A DNA stretch of 64,000 nt from Pirellulales bacterium (lineage in GTDB: Bacteria; Planctomycetota; Planctomycetia; Pirellulales; PALSA-1355), in NCBI GenBank assembly GCA_963733035.1, contig CAVTBU010000006.1, positions 928,001 through 992,000 of the forward strand, read 5' to 3'. Position 1 is the stretch's first letter. Every line of letters begins with the position of its first letter. The position numbers and the translations under genes are program-made. Shown one piece after another: positions 1-10,475 of the stretch. A model generated the notes under the pieces. That model had not been told where the DNA came from and did not search any database. It saw only the letters and a program-made list of their open reading frames with translations.

Positions 1-2712
1 GATCCACAGTCGGGCGTTTCGCAGTACGGTCGTAGCCGCGACGATTGGGGCAACTGGTTCGGTAATTCGAACAGCAACCCGATGTACCACTACGTGCTCG
101 CCGACCACTATCTGCGCCGCAATGCGCGCGTGCCCGCGATCGATGGCAAATTGGACGTCTCGGAGCAGCCTGGGGTGTCGGAAGTTTTCCCCGCCAGCCG
201 CACGATTGCCCGGTACAACGATCTGTACGCCGCGAACCGCTTTACGTCGGCCAACAGCACGATCGTCTATCGCGACGACTTGTTCGGACCGGCGTTCGCC
301 GGCAATGCCTTCGTCAGCGAGCCGGTGCACAATCTCGTGCATCGCGAAATCATGCGGCCCGAGGGGATCACCTTTCGCAGCCGGCGTGCCGACGATGAGC
401 GCGACCGCGAATTTCTGGCCTCGGCCGACAACTGGTTCCGTCCCGCCACGCTTGTTGCCGGACCCGACGGCGCCCTGTGGGTGGCCGACATGTACCGGCA
501 GACGATCGAACATCCGCAGTGGATCCCGCTCTCGATTCAAAAGCAGATCGATTTGCGGGCGGGCAGCGACAAGGGACGAATCTACCGTGTTTATCCAGTC
601 GGAACGACGCCGCGCAAGATTCCACGCCTCGACAAGCTCTCGACCGAGCAGCTGGTGGCCTCGCTCGACAGCCCCAGTGGTTGGCAGCGCGACACCGTAC
701 AGCAAATGCTCCTCTGGAAGAAAGACCCGGCTGCGTTGGCACCGTTGCACAAGCTCGTGGCCGAATCTCAGCGACCGATTACCCGCACGCAAGCGTTGTG
801 GACGTTGGAACTGCTGGGCGACGCCCAGCCGCGGGAAATCGCCGCTGCAATGAAGGATGCGCATCCCGGCGTGCGACGTCATGCCGTGCGGATTGCCGAG
901 ATGCATCTGGCCGATTCGCCGGAACTGGGCGAGGGGATTCTTGCCTTGGCCGGCGACGAGGACTTGCAGGTTCAGCTCCAGCGCGCCTACACGCTCGGCG
1001 AGTGGAACGACCCGCGGGCGGGCGAAGCGTTGGGCCGGATCGCCCTTGAATATCAAGACAATCCGTACCTCACGGCCGCTGTGCTCAGCTCTGTTAAGCC
1101 GGAGAACCTGGCGGGCGTGATGCGAAAAGTGCTTGCCGTGCAAGCTCCCGAGCAACCACCGGCAGAACTGCTCGAGCAACTCGTCGGTCTGGCAAGTGCC
1201 TACGAAGACGAACAGACGCTGGCCGCCGCCTTGCAGCGGATCGGCAAGCCGCACGAAGGCAAGTATGCCGCCTGGCAATTGACCGCGCTGGCTGGCCTGC
1301 TCGATGCCCTCGAGCGGAGCGGCGCGGACTGGCGGAAATACGATCCCAAGCAGGCGCTCTCCAAGATGTTCGAGTTCGCGCGGGCGGCGGTCGCCGACGA
1401 TGCGGCTGACGAAGACGAGCGGCTGCGGGCGATTCGCCTGCTTGGCTGGAGCGAAGCGACGCGGAGCGACGACATCGCGTCGCTGGTGGCGTTGCTCGTG
1501 CCGCAGTCGAGTGGAAAGCTGCAGGCGGCCGCGGTCGAATCGCTCGCTCGGATCGACTCCGACGAAGTGCCACCGGCGCTGTTGGCAGGTTGGAGAAGCC
1601 ACGGGCCGGAACTCCGTTCGCAAGTGCTCGATGTCTTGTTGAGCCGGCCGAGCGGTACGAAGGCCCTGCTCGCGGCAATCGAGCGGGGTGAGATCCCGGC
1701 GGCCGACATCGATGCCTCGCGCCGGCAGCGGCTGCAGAAGTCGGACGACGCCGAGATCAAGGCGCTGGCCGAGAAGCTGCTCGCCGGAGCGATCGCGACC
1801 AACCGGGCCGAGGTCGTCGCTCAGAACCAATCGGTGCTCGAAATGCCGGGCGACGTTACGGCCGGAGCGGCGGTCTTTACCAAACGCTGCGCCGTCTGCC
1901 ATCGGCTGCGGGGCGTGGGCGTCGACGTCGGACCCGATCTGGCCTCGCTGACCGACTACTCGCCGCCGGCGCTGCTCACGGCTATCCTCGATCCGAACAA
2001 GGCGGTCGAAGCCAAGTTTCTCGATTACCTGGCCGTCACCACCGCGGGTCTCAGCCACACCGGGCTGCTGGCCAACGAAACCGGCAACAGCGTTACGCTC
2101 AAGGGACAGGAGGGCAAGCAGCAGACGATCCTCCGCAGCGAGCTCGAAGCCCTGCAAGCGACCGGCAAATCGCTGATGCCCGAAGGCTTGGAGAAGGACC
2201 TTAGCCAACAGGACCTCGCCAACGTCATCGCCTACCTGCGTGGATCGGGTGCGCCGCGGAAGGTGTTCGAGGCGAACCATCCACAGCTTGTTACGCCTAC
2301 GACCGACGGCACGTTGCAGCTCTATCCCACGAACTGCGAGATCTACGGCCCCACGATCGTGATGGAACAGCTCTACAAGAACCTGGGCAAGTGGCAAAGC
2401 GAGAACGACAAGGCCGTTTGGAACGTCGAACTGCCGAAGGCGGGCCGCTACCAGATGCTGCTCAACTATGCTTGCCTCGACGGCGACGCCGGCAACTCCT
2501 GGCTGCTCGAAGCCGGCGACGGCAAGACCGGCGGCTCATCGCTCACTCGCAAGGTTGCCGCCACCGGCAGCATCGACCGCTACCAGGAAGTCAGCGGCGG
2601 CACGATCGACCTGCCCGCCGGCACGCAGCAAATCACGCTCCGCTCAAGCGGGCCCGTGAAAGGCCAGCTGCTGCAGCTGGGTGGCGTGCTGCTCAAACCG
2701 GTGCCGGACTAG
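1..2712 (+). CDS. PVC-type heme-binding CxxCH protein (membrane-bound dehydrogenase-like beta-propeller, HEAT repeats, cytochrome c, C-terminal CBM-like domain); 5'-truncated by the window
   Basis: Frame open from base 1 (DPQSGVSQYGRSRDDWGNWF); DNWFRP..GPDGALWVADMYR motif; HEAT-like helices; CAVCH..VGPDL..ILDPN..SLMPEG haem domain. Confidence 0.9.
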   Translation, partial: DPQSGVSQYGRSRDDWGNWFGNSNSNPMYHYVLADHYLRRNARVPAIDGKLDVSEQPGVSEVFPASRTIARYNDLYAANRFTSANSTIVYRDDLFGPAFAGNAFVSEPVHNLVHREIMRPEGITFRSRRADDERDREFLASADNWFRPATLVAGPDGALWVADMYRQTIEHPQWIPLSIQKQIDLRAGSDKGRIYRVYPVGTTPRKIPRLDKLSTEQLVASLDSPSGWQRDTVQQMLLWKKDPAALAPLHKLVAESQRPITRTQALWTLELLGDAQPREIAAAMKDAHPGVRRHAVRIAEMHLADSPELGEGILALAGDEDLQVQLQRAYTLGEWNDPRAGEALGRIALEYQDNPYLTAAVLSSVKPENLAGVMRKVLAVQAPEQPPAELLEQLVGLASAYEDEQTLAAALQRIGKPHEGKYAAWQLTALAGLLDALERSGADWRKYDPKQALSKMFEFARAAVADDAADEDERLRAIRLLGWSEATRSDDIASLVALLVPQSSGKLQAAAVESLARIDSDEVPPALLAGWRSHGPELRSQVLDVLLSRPSGTKALLAAIERGEIPAADIDASRRQRLQKSDDAEIKALAEKLLAGAIATNRAEVVAQNQSVLEMPGDVTAGAAVFTKRCAVCHRLRGVGVDVGPDLASLTDYSPPALLTAILDPNKAVEAKFLDYLAVTTAGLSHTGLLANETGNSVTLKGQEGKQQTILRSELEALQATGKSLMPEGLEKDLSQQDLANVIAYLRGSGAPRKVFEANHPQLVTPTTDGTLQLYPTNCEIYGPTIVMEQLYKNLGKWQSENDKAVWNVELPKAGRYQMLLNYACLDGDAGNSWLLEAGDGKTGGSSLTRKVAATGSIDRYQEVSGGTIDLPAGTQQITLRSSGPVKGQLLQLGGVLLKPVPD

Positions 2713-3298
2713 CATCAGATGCTTCTGCACGTTCCTTTTCGTCGGCTAACCAATGCTCGGCAAAGACTGATCGTTGTTTCCAGTAGTCTTCTACGAGCCC
2801 ATTTTGTAAACGTTTCCCAAACATAAACCACTTAAGCACTTCGTCCGGCGCGCCTTCGTGTTCGGGGAATTGATCAACATTCTCTGGCGCGAATTGTACG
2901 GCCTTGTACAATCCATCTAACCAACTGTGTGACAATTCGAAGCACGATTCCGTAATTGAAATGACCAGTGATGCTGGGTTGTCTTGTTTCGTGAATCGAA
3001 CGTCGTTCGGCAATTTGCCTTCATGCACTAGTTCGCATCGAAGAAATTGATAGAAGAACTCCTGCAAAGGCATGTCGCTCGCCCGAAACCGAACGTTATA
3101 GTTTTTGATCCCGCTCGTGATAACTAGCATCTCTTCGCCAACGAACTGCGTAAACGAAGAGTGATCATTGGCGGTCTTGCAATTTCGACGTTTCCGCGCG
3201 GTCGCTGCGACCGCAACAAGCATATTCAACAATGCTCCGTCGTGACGGTCCGAGCGATAGAGCAAAATCGCATCTTCTGTCCGTTGTCTCACGCTCAT
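2693..3298 (-). CDS. Hypothetical 201-aa protein with HEPN-like Rx4H motif (RCELVH)
   Basis: ATG at 3298 (MSVRQRTEDAILL); visibly lower GC than flanks; overlaps the end of the convergent CxxCH gene by 20 nt. Confidence 0.65.
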   Translation of the reverse strand: MSVRQRTEDAILLYRSDRHDGALLNMLVAVAATARKRRNCKTANDHSSFTQFVGEEMLVITSGIKNYNVRFRASDMPLQEFFYQFLRCELVHEGKLPNDVRFTKQDNPASLVISITESCFELSHSWLDGLYKAVQFAPENVDQFPEHEGAPDEVLKWFMFGKRLQNGLVEDYWKQRSVFAEHWLADEKERAEASDASPAPV

Positions 3299-3357
3299 GA
3301 TTTCATCCGAGGCAACATTTGAACGGCGTGTACGACAGGTCTGTGACCGCTTTGGTC

Positions 3358-4410
3358 CTACGCGCTCTGCTCGGCCGGTTCGAGCAGCCTTGCAAACCGC
3401 TTGGGCTGGCGGTTCTTCCAGGCGCCCTTGTGGTAGGCATATCCGGCGACGAGCGGCACGGCCAGCGTGGCTTCGCTGTAGACCATCTGCTCGTAGGCCG
3501 TGTCGACCTTGCCCCAGCTGCTGGCTTCTTTCAGCGTGCTGCTCGACAGGGCTCCGTCGCGCACGTCGGCCACGGTCACTTGCACGGCATATTTGTGCAT
3601 CGGCGGGTCTTCGCCGAGAATCTCGGCCGCCACGACGATATCCTGCGTGAAGTTCTTCGGCACGCCGCCGCCGATCATCAGAATGCCCGTCGTCGGATTG
3701 GCAATCTTGATTTGCGTCAGCTCGTAGAAGTCCTTCACGCTGTCGATCGACACCTTTGGCTGATCGCCCCGGGCGTGCTGGTGGGCCACCAGGCCGAAGC
3801 CGGCCGAACAGTCGGAGAACGCCGGGCAGAAGATCGGCACCTCTTCTTCGTAGGCGGCCAGCACAATCGAGTCTTTCGTCTTGCCGTGCTCGGTCAAATA
3901 GGCGCCCATCTCGCGGATGAACTCGCGGGAGGAATAGGGCCGCGGCGGCAGGCTGTCGGCGATGATCTTGGTCGTGTCGTCGCACAAGCGCAGCTCGTCT
4001 TCGTCGATCAGCGTGTCGTAGATGCGGTCGATGTGCAGGTCGCGCAGCTGGTCGTCGTCGAGGCCGGCCTTCAAGCGGTCGCTGGCGATGTAATGGCTGA
4101 AGCCGAGCCCTTCGAAGAAGTCCTGGTCGACGATGTTGGCGCCCGTGCTCACGATGCAATCGACCAGCCGGTTGCGCACCAGGTCGACGAACACCTGCTT
4201 CAGGCCCGCGCTGACCAGGCTGCCGGCCAGGCAAAGGATGATGCCGCAATCGGTGTCGCGGAGCATGCGGTCGTAGATGTCGGCCGCCCGGGCCAGATCG
4301 CGTGCCGAGAAGGCCATGCGGTGCATCGCCTCGACCAGCGGCACGACGTTGTGCGCTTTGATGTCGACGTGCTGGATCTTTTGGGCGAGCAACTCTTGCT
4401 TGGTAAGCAT
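3358..4410 (-). CDS. Deoxyhypusine synthase-like protein (bacterial DHS/homospermidine synthase family)
   Basis: Start MLTKQELL after AGGAA; motifs IVSTGAN, IDRIYD, PAFSDCS, IGGGVPKN, GALSSSTLKEASSWGKV. Confidence 0.9.
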   Translation of the reverse strand: MLTKQELLAQKIQHVDIKAHNVVPLVEAMHRMAFSARDLARAADIYDRMLRDTDCGIILCLAGSLVSAGLKQVFVDLVRNRLVDCIVSTGANIVDQDFFEGLGFSHYIASDRLKAGLDDDQLRDLHIDRIYDTLIDEDELRLCDDTTKIIADSLPPRPYSSREFIREMGAYLTEHGKTKDSIVLAAYEEEVPIFCPAFSDCSAGFGLVAHQHARGDQPKVSIDSVKDFYELTQIKIANPTTGILMIGGGVPKNFTQDIVVAAEILGEDPPMHKYAVQVTVADVRDGALSSSTLKEASSWGKVDTAYEQMVYSEATLAVPLVAGYAYHKGAWKNRQPKRFARLLEPAEQSA

Positions 4411-5127
4411 GGCCTGGTTCCTGCCGGAAAAAGCGAAAGCGGAAGTTGAGTGAAACGGAGAATTGTAGGCAAAACGCCCGGTGTAAGAAAGTACCATCCC
4501 GTCGTCGGCTCGGCCGGCGGGCTGGCATCCGCTTGTGACCGGCACGGAACAAATCGACTGGCTTTTGGCTCGGTTCGGAATTCTGAAAGTTTTCGAGTGG
4601 CCCGATTTTGGAGCATTGTGAAGCGCGCAAACTTTCATTTCCAAGGGAGGCCGAAAAACCGAACAATTCGCCTCCCCAAAACTCGCATTTGTCCTTGTTT
4701 GACCGCCAAAAAATCGTCCGTCGTTCAAGTTCAGAATCCTCCACCCGTACCCTAGCCGACCTGCCGGCTTGATTTCAACGAGGGTCTTTTCGCACGCGGT
4801 TTTGTCGGCGAGTTTTGCAGCGAGGTGCGAGGACGCTGGGTGCCCGCAGTCGAAACCTGCCGCGAGCCGGGCGAAGCGGCGTTGGTCGCCGCGCCGGCGG
4901 GTTTGCGCGGGGCAAGGGAACCACCAAGTCGCAAAGGGACGAAGAAAGTCCGTTGAGTGTTCGCAAGGTAAGAACTGAAACCGATCCCAATCGGGTCTCT
5001 TTGCCTCTGAAGTCTCGTTCGCTGGCGCTTGTTACGTCGCAACACCGAAAACCTTTTCGGTGCCACCCGAAAGCGTTTTCAATTTGGATTTTGAACGACC
5101 TGATCCCATAAGCCATTATGCGGTTTT

Positions 5128-8088
5128 CTAGAATTGTTTTGCCTTATGAAGCCAAACACGGTATTTGTGCTCGATCTGTGCGTCGTCTGCCTCGGACAAT
5201 CGATCGACCCTATCGGCAAGCCGCGTAGAGGCATCAAGGGCATCGGACGCTCGAAATGGAGAAGTGTTTCTCCATTTCGCGACCGCCCGTCGAAAGCAAA
5301 TGTACGCGGCTGTCGGTTCCTGCTTTCGCTCTAGCAGCTCACCAAGCCAATATGAAATCCACCCAAGGTTCATACAAACCGCTTGGCTTTCATACTCAAG
5401 CAGCCAAGCTGACTTCAAGAGGCAATGCAGAGCATCGTCGTCCTTGCTCATAAAAAACAAGGTTCGACCAATATTGCCATAAAAGTGACCGTGCCGAGAG
5501 GTGTCGATCAGCGACGGGTTGACCACATCATTTAAGTCGGCTCCATGAAGGAAGTACTTCAATGCGCGTTCGGTCTCGCCTGAATCACGCTGGGCGAGAG
5601 CCAAATCGTGTGCGCAGTCATGCCGGGTATCAATATTGCCGGACGATTTCAAGTCGACGCCGCGCTGGCCCCATTCCTTCGCGAGCTCCATCTCCTGCCT
5701 GCTCCAATAGAAGTAGGCTCGTAAACGACAGATGCATACGTATCGGGCTGTGGCGCCACCTGCAGTTTTCGAAAACTGAATTAGCTGCGCCTCTGCGTCG
5801 TCAAATCTGCCGAGTTGAGACAACACTTCTATAAGGCGTGCATACGTGTTCTCGAAGGTTGGCGATTCTATTGTCGCAGAATCATTCCAGTCACAGATTG
5901 CGAGAACTCCACATGCGACTCGGACAAAGTCCTCCGAAAAGCCGCTCGATAGGAGAGCCTCACTGGCTTCATCCAGCACGACGAGCCCTCGACGATAGTC
6001 CCTACTGTTGATTAGTAATTCTACTTTATCTGTCCATTTGTGAAGTGTGTCGAAAGTAGCTGTGCGCTGCAGACTCGGGCGAAGCTTTACTATGATGCGA
6101 TCTAGCCAGACCATGATTGCTGTGATATAGCGATCGCGTTCGTTATTCGAGAACCGCTGTCGAATAAACTCCCGCACCAATGGATGCAGCTCAATTGTGT
6201 CTGAGCCAGTATGCGGAGTTTTTACTACAACCAAATCGAGCGTCTTGAGGCGTCCGAGTGTACTGCGAAACTGGTTGCGAGAGAATTCGCAGTCTACGAC
6301 CTCCTGGATATGCTTTTCAGTTTCCGGCCGCACAAGTTCCGCCAAATACCGCAACAGTTTCTGTTGTTTCGGCACCAGCGTCCTCCATACTTCTTGTAGC
6401 ATCGCAGTCGGTAGGCCCTCCGCTTTGCCGTCTTTGATCCGAGCGATCAACACAGGAACTTTGACGCGCTTGGAAAGGATCTGATTTGCGATCAATCCAA
6501 TCCATAGAGGGTGGCCTTGCAGTAGCGCATGCAGCTCTTCCAGATCGCCATCGCTTACCGTGACTCCTCGCGCCCTTAGAAGTTCACGCGCTTCGGCGAG
6601 TGAGAGCCCTTTCAACTCGATTTGCAAAAATGTGGGCCTATCGTATCTAAGCTTCGGACGGCAGGTGAATATGCAGCGCGATGAGCCCGGTGTCTTAAGC
6701 GCACCCTGAATCAGATCGTGCATGCCCCTAGCCGCTTGAGAAGTGTTTATATCCACATATTGGTCGATATTGTCGAATACAAATAGCCCTCGCACTGATT
6801 GCGACAAATTCAAGAACAGTCGAACGACAGACTCGATGCGCTCACCACTCAGGTCAGAGGCCCTGCTTCGGCCACCAGTTAGTCGCTCGATGATACGCAC
6901 AAGATGTGTGTGAAGCGTATTATCCTGTTCTTTACAGTCGCGCCAGTCAACTATGTCGACTTGAGCAGTTGTAGCTTCAAGGTACTTAGCAACTAATGTC
7001 GATTTGCCCTGGCCACCGATCCCTGTTATCGCAATGACTTTGGCGTTTGGATCACTCAGGAGTATCAGCTCGTCAGTGCGGCCCACCCACGTTCCGGTCG
7101 GAGGAGGGGTGTCACAAGTGTCGTCAAATGGTTCGTCAATAGATTTCGGCGCCGGAACAATCGGTGAGCGATCAAGCGCCGCTACTACCGTCATTGGACC
7201 TAGTACCGTTGGTTCCGACGAGGCAACGATTTGACTGAGTTCGTCAATGACTTTGAGAAGTGGTTGTCCATAGTCTGCGAATGGAATGAGCTCAACGTTG
7301 AGTAGGCGAGCTTCACGCGCTACATCGAGGTGGTCCTTATGAATTAGGGCATAATGTGGCCCATTGGCTCCGGCAAAAACGTCGTGTACAGCCCTAAGGG
7401 TCATACCGAATTTAGGATCTGCGAAACCGAAGCCCACAAACAAAAGAGAATGGCTGGTCAAAAGAGAACGCAGAGAATGGAGGGCGGCACCATAGACGGC
7501 TTTCGTCGCGTCGGAAGGGTACAATTGATTGTAGCCATCTGGCGTCAAAATAAGCTTGGCGGAGTCGCTAATCATTCCATGCAGGTGCCAGACAACTGGC
7601 CGTGATAATCCGGACCTCATCATTGCCGCTTGTTCGGCCGGGGACTCGATGTTCCAAGCATGTAAGTCATCCTGCTGGTCGCTTGCCCAGGCGAGGACTC
7701 GATCGTAGTTGGTTGTAACTACTAGGTTGCTCCCGAGTGTCCAAAGTCGTCGAGCAAGGGCAAGGCTATCGTCCGCTGCGGCCGAACGCGGGTGGTCAAG
7801 TTGATCGCTCAGAAGCGTGTACCAGTGTGGCCCGAGCGCTTCTTTCGCGTGCCTTGCCGCCTGCAGGAAATCGGGCTTATCAATTGTTATTAGGCTGCGA
7901 ACGAGCGTCCCATAAATTGGTTTGTTTTCCTGATCTAGCCGTTGTGCGGCAAGCGTGAGCAATTCAATCCAACTAGGAAACAGGGGAGTGGCGGTATCTC
8001 GCTTCGTGACGGCTCTTGATACGCCCGCGCCAACGAAAGGCACGATCTTTCGAGATTGCAAGAGCTTTATCAGTGTAGCGGGATACAT
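5128..8088 (-). CDS. SIR2-like domain + STAND NTPase + winged helix + TPR-like region (Avs/NLR-like antiphage candidate)
   Basis: SIR2 motifs FVGAGVS, VTTNYD, HLHG, LFVGFGFADP; Walker A GIGGQGKST; Walker B LFVFDNID; LHPLVREF; helical C-terminus; lower GC. Confidence 0.85.
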   Translation of the reverse strand: MYPATLIKLLQSRKIVPFVGAGVSRAVTKRDTATPLFPSWIELLTLAAQRLDQENKPIYGTLVRSLITIDKPDFLQAARHAKEALGPHWYTLLSDQLDHPRSAAADDSLALARRLWTLGSNLVVTTNYDRVLAWASDQQDDLHAWNIESPAEQAAMMRSGLSRPVVWHLHGMISDSAKLILTPDGYNQLYPSDATKAVYGAALHSLRSLLTSHSLLFVGFGFADPKFGMTLRAVHDVFAGANGPHYALIHKDHLDVAREARLLNVELIPFADYGQPLLKVIDELSQIVASSEPTVLGPMTVVAALDRSPIVPAPKSIDEPFDDTCDTPPPTGTWVGRTDELILLSDPNAKVIAITGIGGQGKSTLVAKYLEATTAQVDIVDWRDCKEQDNTLHTHLVRIIERLTGGRSRASDLSGERIESVVRLFLNLSQSVRGLFVFDNIDQYVDINTSQAARGMHDLIQGALKTPGSSRCIFTCRPKLRYDRPTFLQIELKGLSLAEARELLRARGVTVSDGDLEELHALLQGHPLWIGLIANQILSKRVKVPVLIARIKDGKAEGLPTAMLQEVWRTLVPKQQKLLRYLAELVRPETEKHIQEVVDCEFSRNQFRSTLGRLKTLDLVVVKTPHTGSDTIELHPLVREFIRQRFSNNERDRYITAIMVWLDRIIVKLRPSLQRTATFDTLHKWTDKVELLINSRDYRRGLVVLDEASEALLSSGFSEDFVRVACGVLAICDWNDSATIESPTFENTYARLIEVLSQLGRFDDAEAQLIQFSKTAGGATARYVCICRLRAYFYWSRQEMELAKEWGQRGVDLKSSGNIDTRHDCAHDLALAQRDSGETERALKYFLHGADLNDVVNPSLIDTSRHGHFYGNIGRTLFFMSKDDDALHCLLKSAWLLEYESQAVCMNLGWISYWLGELLERKQEPTAAYICFRRAVAKWRNTSPFRASDALDASTRLADRVDRLSEADDAQIEHKYRVWLHKAKQF

Positions 8089-8341
8089 CGCGATGCGGGT
8101 GCGAAAGTCGGAGGTGGGACTACGTCAGCGAATTGTCGCAAATACCATGTGGTAATACCAGTCGAGCGACGGGGTGTTGGCCCAGGAGGCCTCGCAGGTG
8201 GCGCCGATAGATTTGTCGGGATTGCGCGGCAACAAGAGTACCGCCAGCTTGGCCCGACGCTCTAGACGCCTTGTTCCGTTCAGACAAATGGTGCAGTACC
8301 TGACGCCGGGTTGGCGCTTTGGGCAATAACGCGTGTGCGAG

Positions 8342-8377
8342 CCACCGAGCAGTGCCGCTTAACGGCTCACGGCGTGA
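8342..8377. repeat. REP-like palindromic repeat (copy A)
   Basis: ccaccgagcagtgccgcttaacggctcacggcgtga, near-identical to 10431-10466. Confidence 0.75.
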
Positions 8378-8793
8378 AGAGTGCTACATTGCCGGCGGCC
8401 TCAAGACGCAGGTCTCAAGCCTCGGCACTCAACTCCGCGTTGCAATACCCATCCCGCACATCATCGTCGTTTCACATCGCGACGAACTTCTCGAAACGTC
8501 GGCCGGTCGTCGGCGCTCACGGCCCGTAATGGTTTGCGTCAAGATACGCAGCACGAACAACTTCCTGGCCAACAACTTACGCGGGGTGGCGACGCAGTTT
8601 TCCCAGCTTGTTGCGGGGTTCTGCAAAGCGGCGGGCGGGGGCGAATTTGCGATTTCGGGGGGCGAAAAACGCATATAGTGAGGAGAGGCACCGGTTGGTT
8701 CCGTGTGCCTGCGAGGGGAAACACGTCGAGCCTCGCGCTCGATCTCTCGGAGCTGAGTTTGGCATTGCGTCGCCTTTTTTTTGGAGACCTCTC

Positions 8794-9868
8794 ATGCCTA
8801 CGACCATTTACCGTCCTGCATCGCAACCGCGCGGCGTGCGCCGCGTAACTCCCTCGGTGGTCGATCCGGCCACCGCCGAGCCGTTTACGCTCGAGCAAGA
8901 GCTCAAGCCGTTTGGGGCCTGGGTGGGAGATCCGATTTGGGTGCCCCCCAAGGACGTGAGCAAAGACCTGGCCCAGACCATGCTGCACGAGACGCGGCCG
9001 TTTGCCGCGCCGGAGAAGCGCTGGCAGGCGGTCGTCAAGAAACATCGCGGCGAGTTCACCCAGGTGCGCGAGCTCGATCTGTTTCAGGCATCGATTCGAC
9101 TGCCGAAAGGCAGGTTCTTTGTCACCGTGACCGAGCAAAAGAACTTCGACAAGATTACCGATCCGATACCCGACTGCGTGCAAACCCGGCTGGACGAGTT
9201 TTTGAGCGGGCCGGGCCAGGAGCGGGGCGTGAAGGTGTATTACCTCAAGCCGCTGTGCGTGGAGATGGGGGACGAGCTGATTTTGACCTCGCGCGAGGAC
9301 CTGACCGCCGCGATCACCAAGATCCAGGACGAAGTGTTTGCCGAGTATCGCCGGCGAGCCCCCTGGCACCGGACGCTGCAAGCCGTGGCGGGGACGGCGA
9401 ACCTGGCTTTGACGCTTCCTCGCGCGGTGATGCGGATTGCGATCGATCGCAAACAGCGAGCCCTCGACGCGATGCAGGCGCGGCTCGAATTCGAACGCCG
9501 CAAGCTGGCCTTGCGCAGCGCCCACGCCTATTGCAAGCATCGCACATCGGGCTGCACGTTCGACGAGATGCTGGAGCTGACCAACCCGCTCAAGCGCACC
9601 GACGTGATCGATCAATACTGCACCGAGCAGGAGCTTTCGCGGGCGCAGTGCGCAGTTGCTGCATATCGCGGCCGGAACGCTGCCGTGGTTCGTCGGGATG
9701 TCGATTACGTTCGGGGGCTATATATCGACGCTGGCGGCAATTTGTCTGTCGCCGCCCGTGCTGGTTTGCGACCCGGCCTTCGTCGCCGAAATGCCAGGCG
9801 CGCGGGGCATGCTGCTGAAGATCGGCCACTTCGACGAAGTGGGTGGCGTGACGCACGTCGAGATTTAA
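8794..9868 (+). CDS. Hypothetical protein, frameshifted near 9650
   Basis: MPTTIYRP.. after GGAG; coding-like frame switches to 9656..9868 (LLHIAAGTLPW..CDPAFVAEMP..IGHFDEV). Confidence 0.7.
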
Positions 9869-10020
9869 CAGCCAGTTGAAAAATGCCGTCGTGGCATTTT
9901 TCAACCTCGCCAAGTGCGAAGCAAAGCTCCGCACGGCTCGCAAAATAACGACTTACGTCGCTATTTTGGCATCGCATCCATGCGATGACGCAGCCCGCCG
10001 AATTCTTCAACGGCCTGCTG
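9866..10020. mobile_element. MITE-like element (about 155 bp), copy 1
   Basis: Imperfect terminal inverted repeats (taacagccagttgaa / ttcaacggcctgctg); high similarity to 22850-23007. Confidence 0.8.
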
Positions 10021-10131
10021 GCGCAGCCATTGGAAGCTATTGGAAGGGGAGGGCGACGCGTGCGCGGTTGACGCGATGCGCTTCGCCGACGGTTGGCGAC
10101 GCTGTTGGTGCGCCGCGGCGAAGGGACGTGT

Positions 10132-10238
10132 CGCCCCTGGCGGGGCTTGGGGACAGGCGGAACAACTTCGCGGGACATGCACCGGGTCCCGGGGGTTCCC
10201 ACCAGAGCGGCTATTGACTGAGCGCCCCTGCCGGGGCT
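10132..10238. repeat. REP-like element with paired cgcccc-tg(g/c)c-ggggct hairpins
   Basis: cgcccctggcggggct at 10132 and cgcccctgccggggct at 10223 around a central GC hairpin. Confidence 0.6.
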
Positions 10239-10246
10239 GAAGGATC

Positions 10247-10475
10247 GTAGCAGGCTCACGCCGTGAGCGGATAAGTTCCTCCGCCGCGGCTCGCGGCGTG
10301 AAGCGTGCGCGGCAGCACGTGCGCGATAACATTCGGTTTGGTTGATGGAACCGCGTTGGTGTCCGTTCAAGTGCGTGGCGGGCAGGCGCAGATACCGAGT
10401 TGGTTTGATGGGGCGCGTCACGTCGGCAATCCACCGAGCCGTGCCGCTTAACGGCTCACGGCGTGAGCCTGCTAC
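10247..10475. repeat. Inverted pair of GTAG-type REP-like palindromes (BIME-like)
   Basis: gtagcaggctcacgccgtgagc at 10247 and its reverse complement gctcacggcgtgagcctgctac ending at 10475. Confidence 0.8.

Noticed and set aside
3299..4744. 683-aa ORF 2693..4744 as a single gene
   Set aside because: Its N-terminal part is an off-frame shadow of the DHS-like gene; only 2693..3298 looks coding
4830..4950. Long GC hairpin as riboswitch or ncRNA
   Set aside because: No recognisable family motif, about 400 nt from the DHS-like start, and GC-rich stems arise easily by chance
8120..8200. Possible RAYT/IS200 transposase N-terminal relic (ANTPSLDWYYHMVFAT) near REP copy A
   Set aside because: Too short and degenerate to support without a search
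8390..8530. ABC/SMC ATPase H-loop-like fragment (HIIVVSHRDELLE)
   Set aside because: Isolated short motif with no Walker motifs or credible gene
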